Shown here one piece after another: positions 25,626 to 36,125 of a stretch of DNA of 64,000 nucleotides. Location of the stretch: assembly GCA_028534125.1 (NCBI GenBank), contig CM052817.1:56794001-56858000 (forward strand), in the 5' to 3' direction. The DNA is from Lama glama (lineage: Eukaryota). Both the position numbers and the translations under genes were made by a program. The notes under the pieces were generated by a model. That model made no database searches and had not been told where the DNA came from. It saw only the letters and a program-made list of their open reading frames with translations. Position 1 is the first letter of the stretch, and each line of letters opens with the position of its first letter.

Positions 25626-26480
25626 ACAAATGTGCAGCATTGTGAGCAAACACCAACCATTACAACAACAGGATCAAAACAACCACAGGGCTTCACCATG
25701 AGAACAATCAATTATTTTACATTTAGATTTTTTAGCTTATAAATTTTTTTCTTTTCTTTCTTTCTGCTTTCTTTCTTTCCTTTTCTTTTTTTCAAATTAA
25801 GTATGGAAAACGTAAAAGATTTGAAAAACAATAACCTAAACCCTAAACATATAATGCATTAAAATATGGTAAAATTGTGCCTACTGAGTCTTAAAGATTG
25901 CCTTCTAGACAAATTGTTTGCAACACAGCAACTAGAGAGAATTCAGTCCACCAAAAGCAAATTCTGATTCTTTATGTGCCATTGGGAGTAGTCTCTCACA
26001 AAAGAGGGTGCTTATTATAGTCTACTTATTTTGTAAAATTTTACTTGTCTGGACATTTAGTTTCCAAAGAAAAAATATCTTAGTCTAAAATATAGTAGTA
26101 ACCAAACAAAGATTTATGCATTAGTCAGAAAAGTGATTAAAATAAGCCGATCACTCTTTGATCCTTTTTCTTTTTCCTGATCATTTAAAATAGAGCTTAG
26201 ATGATGTTCAGTAGATTTGCTCTAGGTTAGAGAAGTTTCTTAAAGGGCACTGCTTTTCTAACTTCTCCAGAGAAAACCACTGACTTATGCTGTGCAATAA
26301 AAGTAATCAGTCTTAGCTCAACATATTCACAAAAGAAAACTCAATTTTTGAGAAAAAGAAATGTATCTATAATCATCCAGAGTTAAGACTTACATTACAT
26401 TCTACTGACATAGACTCTTCAATACAACTTTGAGACCTCACTGCTAATATTTATTAGCATGTAAATCTACCCAGTGACTA

Positions 26481-27416
26481 CAGGTGACCCTTAAACAACA
26501 TGGGAGTAGGGGCATCAATTCCCCTGCCCTCGTGGTCAAAAATTTGAGTATAACTTTTGATTCCCCCAAACCTTTAAGTCCTAGTAGACTACTGTTCACC
26601 AAAATCCTTACCAATCACATAAATGGTCAATTAACACATATCTTGTATGTGTAACACATTCTTTGCATTATATAGTGCATTGTTACAATACTGTAAGCTA
26701 GAGAAAAAACATATTATTGCAAAATAATAAGGCAGAAAAAATACATTTATAGTAGTATGCTCTATTTATCAATAACCTAAGTTTACATGCTCTGTTTACA
26801 AGATGACTTTTCTGTCAGTACCTACATCAATGTTGCCTTATATAATACAAAATACTGTAATACGTATTACTAATACTAGACATCAAAAGTGAAAAGTCAA
26901 TTTGAAAAATAAACTTATATTTATTTACAGGTATAACGATTCATGCATTGACAACAAACAAGTAGCAATCTGATTGCTTTACAGTAGCCTAGTGTAATCA
27001 GTACGATAGCTTCACAGTTGCCTAGCCTGTACACTAATGGATTGTTATAAAAATTTTTATGGAATACTATGTCAAACACATATTCATACTACAGTATTAG
27101 AAATACTGTTACTTAAAAAAACCCACATACTTGTGATGATAGAACAGTAAGAAAATTAATGCATTATTAATTTAATAATATCACACTCATCTTATGCTTA
27201 TGTAAAGATAGACTAGTATCTAGGTATATTTTATGCATTCATGACATACCTAATTTTTTCTTAATTTTGTTGTTATTTCTAGGCTACATGGTTTATCTGA
27301 AAGTTTTTTTCAAATTGTTTCTAATCTCCAAAATTTTTTCCAGTGTAATTATTGAAAATAATTCACATTTAAGTAGACCTATGCAGTTCAAACCCATGTT
27401 GTTCAAGGGTCAACTG
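26481..27416. mobile_element. Tigger2-family non-autonomous TcMar-Tigger DNA transposon, 936 bp
   Basis: 24-bp TIRs CAGGTGACCCTTAAACAACATGGG / CCCATGTTGTTCAAGGGTCAACTG (2 mismatches). TA TSDs at 26479-26480 and 27417-27418. Internal sequence resembles Tigger2a (gtataacttttgattcccccaaa, gtaagctagagaaaa). Confidence 0.92.
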
Positions 27417-27554
27417 TATTTACTGACCATCTTGTATGCCAGGCACTATGCTGATTCTTAATCACAACAGATAAGATCCCTTGTCTGTTACATATACACA
27501 TGCAGGCACATACATACCCCTATACATACACAAAAACTCCTCTGAGAATCTAGC

Positions 27555-28515
27555 ACTATAATGTTGTATAACAAAATAACAGAAAACTCAGTGGCTTAAA
27601 ATAACAACTATTTATTATTGCTCATGAGTCTTTGGGTGAACTGGGTGATTCTGGGATTTTAAACGGGTTCACTCATGCATCTGTAGTCAACTGTGTGTCA
27701 ACTAGTCGGTCTTGACTAGGTTCACTCATATGTGGGGATCAGCTGACTGAAGTCTAGCCTGGCATAGGAGGGATGATGAGTGGTGTAACTCCGTTCCATA
27801 TATCTCATCCTCCAGAAACATAGCTGGAAGATTTGATAGAGGTAGCAAGCGCCAAATGCAAGTGCTTTTCATGCCTTTGCATGTTCAGTTGTTTACAAAG
27901 AAGGCCACAATGATTCTTCCCTTAGCTTTACACAATGCCTTTTTGCAATGTGTTTATTTACTTAACTCTTGAATCCAGGATGGTCTTGTGACTTGCTTTG
28001 ACTGTCAGAATGTGTCAATGTGACGTTGCTCAACTTCTGAGCCTAGGCTCCAAGAGGCTTTGCAGCTTCTATTTTTTCCTGCTTGGAAAGTCAGGTTACC
28101 ATGTGAAGAAACTCTCTATACAGCTTACTGGAGGATGGAAAGACGACATGGTACAGAGATCAGTCACCTCAGGTGAGAACTCGTAAGAAAGCCAGCCCCT
28201 AAATCAAGCCACCAGATCAATGCGTCTGAGCAAGCCACCACAGAAAAGACCAGCAGAAAACCACCCAGCTCAGCCAACCCCATATTGCTGACCCACAGAA
28301 ATAAAATGATTTTTGTTTCAAGACATTATGTTTGGGGGTGGTTTTTAATACAGCAATAGATACCTGGGACACTGTATTTGCATCATGTTTGGTAATACTA
28401 TCTCATTGGTGAAATAAAATCACATGGCTATTTCCAGAGTCAAGAAGTAAGGCAGAATGTCCTGTCCACAATGGGAAGAGTGAAAAATTAAGGACATCAA
28501 TGCAACTGATCAAGC
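27555..28515 (-). mobile_element. MLT1 (G/H-like) LTR, antisense, split by another MLT1
   Basis: tgtataacaaaataacagaaaactcagtggcttaaaataacaactatttattattgctcatgagtc...gcaagtgcttttcatgcc[insert]tttgcatcatgtttggtaatac..cattggtgaaataaaatcacatggc. Confidence 0.75.
27882..28371 (+). mobile_element. MLT1 (F/G-like) solo LTR nested in the antisense MLT1
   Basis: tgttcagttgtttacaaagaaggccacaa...ttctgagcctaggctccaagaggctttgcagcttct...cagcaatagatacctgggaca. Degenerate TSD TTGCA/CTGTA. Confidence 0.8.
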
Positions 28516-29922
28516 CTACGTACACTACAGTATAAGAAAACTAATGATGAGAAGCTTAAATGATTTGCTCATTACCCATTTAGTAACAAAAAGTGCTAAT
28601 CCCAGCTCATTCAAGTATAGAGCCTGTGCTCCCTCTTGTCTACCACCAAAGCAGATCTGTGATGGTATATGGGAGTTTGGCTTCTTGAGGCTGGGACCCC
28701 TGACTTCTGTTAAGACCTATGCTATAACTTAATTTTACATTTCTCCTCTTTTCCATAGTTGAGACGAAGTAAGCACCTGAAAGCTCAGAGTATTCAGATC
28801 CTGAGACCAAAGATGAACAAAAATGGGTACTCTCTAAGGACCTTCACACCAACAGCATTTTTAACTAAGCATGATGTTGCCCTTGTTATTAATGAGACCT
28901 CAACAAAGTGCTGTATTTCTGCTGAATGGGCTCTGCCCTTATTCTAAAGGTCTGATTTCTCACATTAGGTGCCTCAATTCTTCTAAATACAGTTCTATTC
29001 TGAAATTCTACTTCTGGTAATTGGGTCTATTTCTTCATTGTTCTCTTTGCTTTCTTTAGTCCCAGTCAGATACTGGACATATTTTCCTCATTCAAATAAC
29101 TATGACTCAAGCCCTACTGCCATTTTCAGAAATTTTTGGACTGCCTGCCTAGACTTCCAAGAATTACTCAAACCTCCATCATCTCATTCTTCACACTGGA
29201 TAGGTTGCCCTAATATTTAATTTTTCAACCCTCTTGCTAATTTTTTCTTATAGTTCTACTAAATCCTAAGACAGAATATTTTATTTATCTTTATGCTCCC
29301 CTGCAGGACTTTGCAGTGTTTTGAATCTAGCCAGTGTTTCATTAATCTGTACTGAATTTATGACATAAGTAAATGTTTAAGTAAATGTAAGTTATTATTT
29401 GGAGAAGCAGCTTCATATTGTTGCTTGTTAGAGTAGTAACTCCTGCCATTATCTCTTCCCTGATACTATTTTTACACCAATAGTTTGGCAAAAAGATTAA
29501 CCACTGGGGACTCTAATTTAATAATATAGAAACAGCTTCCATTACCTCCTGATGTGTCTACAGTTATCTATGGACTGTCTGAAGTTACTAGGTAACATGG
29601 TGATCTGTATTTCTATGGAGGCTAAGTGGAGAAATGGATATCTGATTCAGTTGTGTCGGGAACATGAAATTGGATAAAAAGCTGAAAATACTGCATTGTA
29701 CACAGCACACTGATTTCTCTCTCAACTACTTTCATAAGAAAGTACAGTTCTTCTTGGCCTTTGGTGCACATAAAACTGGTGAAAAAAATCAGAACGACAG
29801 ATGTCTAAAGTCCTTTAATAAACAGAAATCAGTGTAGTGTTGATTCTCTCTTATCTTTTCTAATGTTATTCATATTCCATTTGCAAAAAAATACATACCC
29901 AGTGACCACTGTAGAATAAATC

Positions 29923-30371
29923 CGTGATGGTTAATTTTATGTGTCAACTTCACTATGCTGTGAGGTGCTCATGTTTTTGGTTAGCTATTATTCTGGGTGT
30001 GTCTGTGAGGGTGTTTTTGGATGAGATTAACATTTGAACCTATAGACTGAGTAAAGCATATTGTCCTCATCAACATGGTCTAATTCAGTCCACTGAAGGC
30101 CTGAATAGAATAAAAGGCTTAGTAAGAAAGAATTTTTTTCTCTCTGCCTGACTGTCTTCCAGCAGAACATTGGGCTTTTTTCTGCTTTAGAGCTTGGACT
30201 CGGACTGGAACTTATGCTGTCAGCTCTCCTGGTTCTCAGACCTTAAAACTCAGACTGGAACTATTCCATCAATTCTCCTGGGTCTGGACTTCTCAAGCTC
30301 CATAATCGTGTGAGTCAATTCCTTATGATAAATATTAGTTCAATTTATCTGAAAAAACCCCGACTAATACA
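29923..30371 (+). mobile_element. ERVL solo LTR, MLT2 family
   Basis: (c)GTGATGGTTAATTTTATGTGTCAACTT...GACTAATACA. TSD AAATC/AAGTC (29918-29922, 30372-30376). Confidence 0.9.
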
Positions 30372-31377
30372 AAGTCCTTCCTCCTAGGAATGTAAACAGA
30401 AACATAGAACAAGCCAAGCACTCAGTGATGATTTCAGATCCCAGCAAGATGAAAAGTAATAATCCTTTATTATCATCATTTAACCCTCAATCATTTTGAA
30501 GCATCTGCCTTCTGAAATCATAAACTATTCAGAAAACATTAAAAGAAACAAGGCTTTTAGCCCAAAAGACCAAGGAAAGATGAAATCCATATTTTCCTAT
30601 GTATGTTAGCAGGTTTTTAACAAGTAATTAAAATAAATAATATGTATCCTTAAAGGTCTGATGGTTGTCATGGTACTCAGCAAAGACATATTTATCATTT
30701 TCCAGTGCTCATGCAGCATTAATAAAAAAGGAATACCACAACTCCCCGTGCTGTGTCAGAGCAAGCTTTTGCTTTTGTATTATATCCACAATCAGCAGAT
30801 AGAATGGAGACTAGAAAAGATGAAAAACTAGCACCCTCTTTCCTCCACCCTCCTCCTTTTTCCACTCAAGAGATACTTGACAGTATTTTATATAATTTTG
30901 TATGTGTGTGTATGCTTTTAGGTTTAAGAATTCATTAAAGAAATGCATCAATAGGGGAAACTTAGTCAAAGCAATATAATAATACACAGGAATGTTCCAA
31001 AAATCACACACTTGGACAATGGAAAAGATAAAAAAAAAATTCAATGGTAGGAAATTTGATAAGAACAAAGACTTTGATGGAAAGATTTTACCTATTTCAC
31101 GACTATGAGTTCAGGAAAAGTAGTTCATGCAATGACTGTCATAACAATCATTGTAGATCTAATGTGTAAATGTCGTATTGCTAAGAATAACAGAATTGTT
31201 GATAATTTAAAATAGGAAGAACTCCAGTATGAAAACATACTCTGAATAATGACATTTTCATATTTCTCTCTGAGCCACTGGTCCAACATATTTTTATAAA
31301 CAAGTTGGTCAAGGGAATATTTCTCAGTACCTAAAAATCGCCAGACTCCAAAGAAAACTAGTTCTTGAAAATGCAAC

Positions 31378-31489
31378 AAAGAGAAAAATAAGAGAGAGCA
31401 ACAGAAAAAGAAAGGTCAGAGAAGTAAGAGAAAGAAGAAAAAGAACAGGAAAAAAAAAGAGAGAGAAGAAAAGAAAGAAAAAAAGAAGA
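31378..31489 (+). repeat. A/G-rich low-complexity tract
   Basis: Direct read. Confidence 0.8.
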
Positions 31490-32658
31490 GCTGAAAACAT
31501 TAGGTAAACACATTGCCTATTATTAGTGTTAATTTGTTTAAAGTATCAGAAGTTTTAATAATTAAGTTGTTTCATCCAGAGGAAAGCTATTGATTAAAAT
31601 AAATGTTTATTGCTCAGGGATTGTTAAGAAGGTGACTGAGGTCAGACACAAAGGATTGTTTTATAATTATTGAGACTCAAGCTTGTGTCTTATCTTTTAG
31701 ACTTAATGCACAGCCTAGTACAAGCTCTCACAGGAAACAGAAGCACAGACCCAGCAAGACTTACCATTCTGATATACAGTGTTAGACTAATATAAATTGA
31801 TTATACACTAGCTCACTGCTGCAGAGAAAAATCTATAGCTACTAATGGGTTTTGCTCTTGGGGTTGAAAGTCACAAAAATATTACATTCCTGTCCTCAGA
31901 TATTAGTTAATTTTCCTTTAGTGACTACTTTGGGAAATAAAGGACCACAGAAGGCTAAAAGGTTCCCATAAATTTCAACTACAATATGTTTAAAGAAAAT
32001 AAAGTGGACTTTTATGTCAGGGGTGTGGTTTCTTATATGAAAGCTTTGGTAACAACTAACGATTATCATTCTAGTCATCTATACTTCCCCTAATGGTTAC
32101 CCATGACAATATAGTTAATTCTGCAAGAAAAGCCTGAATGATCAAAGCATATGCAATCATGCGTTATGCTTGTGGAAATATATTTACTCCTGTTTATGGT
32201 TTTGGAGAAATACAGTCTCAATCTGTCCTCATTAGGAAAAATTTCATTTAAGCACTTAATATAGAATAAAATAAAATATTTGTGTAAAAGACATGAGACA
32301 ACTACCCTCAACTGAAATAAACTTTCTGCTATTTAGTATGGTTTAATTGTAGAAACAAGTGTTCTAATTGACAAATAGAACTAATCTGAAAACCATTAAC
32401 TTTTTGTCCCTGAAGGGAAGGAAATTTAGCAAGTGTCTTAAACCATCTACTGAGGTTTCCACACCTGTTAACCAAGAAAATAAAAGGTACTTTCCTCAAA
32501 GAGAAAAATTTTGCTTGGTATTTGATTAGTATTTTTAGAAGTACAAAACAAGTTGTAAGCACTGTGAAATCTGAAGTGAAAAACTTAACACAATTCCAAT
32601 AGAATATAATCTAAGGTAACTAACAATGTTTATCAGTCTTGTGCATAAGAATTAGAAG

Positions 32659-32714
32659 TTTGGAGTCAGAAGTTTGTTTTTGTTTTTTTTTTTTTGGAGT
32701 CAGAAGATTTTAAA
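32659..32714 (-). mobile_element. Poly(A)-only retroposed insertion with target-site duplication
   Basis: TTTGGAGTCAGAAG occurs at 32659-32672 and 32693-32706, flanking a T-rich run. The minus strand reads TTT|AAAAT at the outer edge. Confidence 0.6.
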
Positions 32715-32715
32715 T

Positions 32716-33300
32716 TGGTAGATTAGTAGATGACCCCAATGCTTTGCCCCTTCTTGTATCTACATGTTTTGCTATACAACCTTGCAATCTCCTCCCATGG
32801 ACACGGGAGTAGACATAATTTCCACCGATGGATTCAGCCATGTATTGCTTTTGGTTAATGATATATTAACAAATATGATGCAAAGAAAAGATTAAAATAG
32901 GTTTATACAACTGGGTTCACTTTCACACTTGCTCTCTAATACTGTCATGAAAGGAGATACCTGGTCTAGCCTAATAAAGGATAGGAGACATAATGAACAA
33001 ACTGAGGTTTCCCAGTTGCTCCAGATAAGACCATGCTAAATCATGTGATAATGAGTTAACACCTAGGCATAATCAGCAGATTTGCTGCAAGCAGTATTCC
33101 ATCCATATCTTAAAAATGGTCTCTGTAATACTTCTGGTATTACACTACGTTGTGAGTAAGCTAAGTTTATATTATGGGAGGACCATGTGAAGATATTACA
33201 CTCGGTAGATCAAGCTAAGGTCCTGACTAGCATCTATCACCAGACATATTAGTGAACAAACCTTCATATAATTATAGTCCCTGGCCTTAAAGTCCAGGTT
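32716..33300 (+). mobile_element. MLT1 (H/I-like) LTR fragments
   Basis: tggtagattag..ccccaatgctttgccccttcttgtatctacatg..ggattcagccatgtattgcttttggttaatg, plus a later MLT1-like segment gcatctatcaccagacatattagtgaacaaaccttca. Confidence 0.55.
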
Positions 33301-33524
33301 TTTTTAAGATATAGTAAGCTACAAAGTTTAAGTGTTTGGAGGCAGATAATCTGCCTTTTTATTTTATAGTTCTCCAAATCGAGAGGAACCACATCCAAAC
33401 CTGGATAAGGTTTTGGACCATGTGAGACTGATGCTGTGACTGCAAGATATTTGAGGGTCTGGGTGGAACAGTGTTGAGCAAATGTTATATATTAAAGGTT
33501 GATTAAATAATTGTAACTATAAGT

Positions 33525-34047
33525 AAAGACCATACTAACTTAATTAATGGACCCAATTATTTATCTCTCCCTGTATCTACATATTCTCCCATACAACTTT
33601 TCAAATCTCCCCAGGGTAGGTGGAAGGGGGATTGATATAATTCCCTTCCCTTGGGTATTTTCATGTCTCATGCCTTGGCCAATGAGTTGTTAGCAAACAT
33701 GATGCAGACAGAAACCTGGAATGGTCTAGTACAACTGTACTTGTCCTTGCTATAGCCCTCTTCTGTAAACATGAGAAGGACATGTGCAGGCCAGTCTGCA
33801 GGAAGATGTAAACATGTGAAGCAAAGCCAAGCAGACTCAGCCATTCCAGCTGAAGTTTTTCCAAATCATTTAATAGCCTGAAACACCCTGAAAATGAAAC
33901 TGAATCCCACCAAAATTAGCAAAGCCACCTGCCAACCACCTCAGAGTTTAAATTAAATAAATTTAATAAAAGCTTATTGCTAAAGGCCGAGGAAGTTCTA
34001 GATTATTGTTACAAGATTTTGTGGCAAAACAATAAACTGATTCCACA
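33525..34047 (+). mobile_element. MLT1 (I-like) LTR
   Basis: aatggacccaattatttatctctccctgtatctac..ccttggccaatgagttgttagcaaacatgatgcag..ataaaagcttattgct..tgtggcaaaacaataaactgattcca. Confidence 0.7.
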
Positions 34048-34473
34048 CAGCAAATACCAAATAACATCTATTAAAAGGTAAAAATGAATGCCACTCTCAG
34101 GTTATACTGTACTCCACTGTTACATCAGGAAGGCACATAAAGGGTTAATTAACTTTCTACATGACCAAATTCTGCCCATACACTATACTTATTGGGTACG
34201 CGTTTGAAAAGCAGAAACTTCATATTCATGGGGAAATATATACATGTACACATGTCACAGCCGCATCCTACTGAGATACAGAGAAGTGGTGAGCATCTGT
34301 ACGAAAATGCCCCTTGCACTGTTAGGCAGAGCCACCCAACAAATTACCTGTAAAATAAAGTTACTGTTAACTAGAACACCAATAGTTTTTGCACATCGGC
34401 CTGTGAAATCAAATTTACATCCTTAAAATTTTACTGTAGGAAAATTCTTATTTAAAAACAAGAGACAAATATT

Positions 34474-35272
34474 GAGGCCAAGATGGTAGAGTAGAAGACC
34501 CTGAACTCACCTCCTCCCATGGGCACACCAAAATTACAACTATATACAGAGCAGCTGTCTATGAGATAACCTGAAGACTAGCAGAAAAGATTTTACACAA
34601 TTAAAGATATAAAGAAGGAGTCACACCAAGATGGGTGGGAGGGCAAAAGACATGATGTAGTCAAGACCTATATCCCCAGGTAGGCGACACACAAATGGGA
34701 AGATAATCACAATTACACAGGTTCTCGAGAAGGAGTGAGAGATTGAATTAACACACTAGGCTCCCCAGCTCAGGGGTCCTGCACCAGGAAGATGAGCTCC
34801 CAGAATGTCTGGCTTTGAAGGCTAGCAAGGCTTGCATGTGGGAGTTCCAGAGGGCTATATGAAACAGACTCCATTCTTAAAGGGCCTGAGCAAAAACCTC
34901 ACATACTATGACTCCTAGCACAGAGGCATTAATTTTAAAGAAGCCTGGTCCAGATCCACTAGCTGATCTTGCAGAGCCTCTGGGAGAGACAGGAGGCAAC
35001 TGAGTCTCCTCCTGGGGACATAGATACTAGCAGTAAACATTTTTGTGAGCTTGCTCTATCATGAGGACACTGGTGCTAAAATTCTCTCTAGCCTATTAGC
35101 ACTAGGGGTTTACCCACCCACCAATGGTCCAGAACCAGTCCAGGGACCCCTAGATCCCACAGCCAGCTGCCCCAGGACCTGGCCCTGCCCACCAGTGGAC
35201 TGGCACCAGCCTTGGGACACATCAGAACATGTGGCCAGCTGCGCCAGGACACGGCCTCTTCTACCAGTGGCT
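34474..35272 (+). mobile_element. Cetartiodactyl-type L1 5' UTR (promoter region)
   Basis: gaggccaagatggtagagtagaagaccctgaactcacctcctcccatgggcacaccaaaattacaac...ctaaagatataaagaagg-like start and GC-rich ccagctgcc..ccaccagtgg repeats near 35160-35270. Confidence 0.8.
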
Positions 35273-35795
35273 AGCACTTCCAACGCTATGTTGAATAAAA
35301 GTAGTAAGTGTGAGCATCCTTGTCTTGTTCTTCATCTTAGAGGAAATGCTTTCAGTTTTTCACTGTTGAGTATGATGTTAGTTATGAGCTTGTCATATGT
35401 GGTGTTTATTATGTTGGGGTATGTTCCCTCAATGCCCACTTTCTGGAGAGTTTTTAGCTTAAATGGATGCTGAATTTTGTCAAAAGCTTTTTCTGCATCT
35501 GGTCCTGGACTTCTGTTTGTTGGGAGTTTTGTTTTTTTTTTTAATTATTTTTCTGATTCAATTTCATTACTGATAATTAGTCTGGTCATTTGATGACTAT
35601 CCTTAGTATTATGTTTGGATTTCTTTCACTTTTGGGTGTGCGTGTCTATTACAGACTTTTGGTTTGTGGTTACCAGGAGGTAAATAGCAATCCAAAAATA
35701 TACCTGATTGTTTTTAGTTGCTGATTGCTTAATTTAAATTCATTTTATCAACCCTGCATTTGTACCCTCCTCCCCTTATGATTACAATTTTTGAC
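35267..35795 (-). mobile_element. Inverted L1 ORF2 pieces plus inter-ORF piece
   Basis: gtggctagcacttccaacgctatgttgaataaaagtagtaagtgtgagcatccttgtcttgttc (antisense RT region); jump at CATCT 35496-35500; then antisense inter-ORF tttggtttgtggttacca. Confidence 0.8.
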
Positions 35796-35902
35796 ACCCA
35801 ATGAACATATTTTAAGTGTAAACCTAAGAGCAATACTCTTTACATTCTGTTAGATACATTCTAAAGCAATGTAGATGGTTTTTCAAATGGTTTTCTTTAG
35901 GG

Positions 35903-36125
35903 TTTTTTTTTTCCTTTTTATTGAATAAATATAACATGATACTGTATAAGTTTAAGGTATATAGCATGTTATTTTGATATATTTATACATTATAATATGA
36001 CTGCTGGTGTACTATTTATCACATTACATAGCTATATTATAATATTATTATCTATATTCATTATACTGTGCACTATATCTGTATGGCTTATATACTACTT
36101 GTTCCAAGTTTGTACTCTTAAACCC
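35903..36125 (-). mobile_element. 5'-truncated L1 3' end with poly(A) (L1MA-like)
   Basis: T-rich start, then ttattgaa..tgtataagtttaaggtatatagcatgttattttgatata...atactgtgcactatatct..aagtttgtactctt. Confidence 0.7.

Noticed and set aside
25304..25742. ORFs of 135, 94 and 70 aa
   Set aside because: They are translations of purine/pyrimidine low-complexity tracts that lack stop codons by composition.
32716..34047. Two similar MLT1 LTRs as the paired ends of one MaLR provirus
   Set aside because: The intervening sequence is short and partly another LTR fragment, and I found no internal-region junction or shared TSD.
35045..35473. 142-aa ORF as a gene
   Set aside because: It is a chimera of L1 5' UTR and antisense L1 ORF2 with a non-ATG start.
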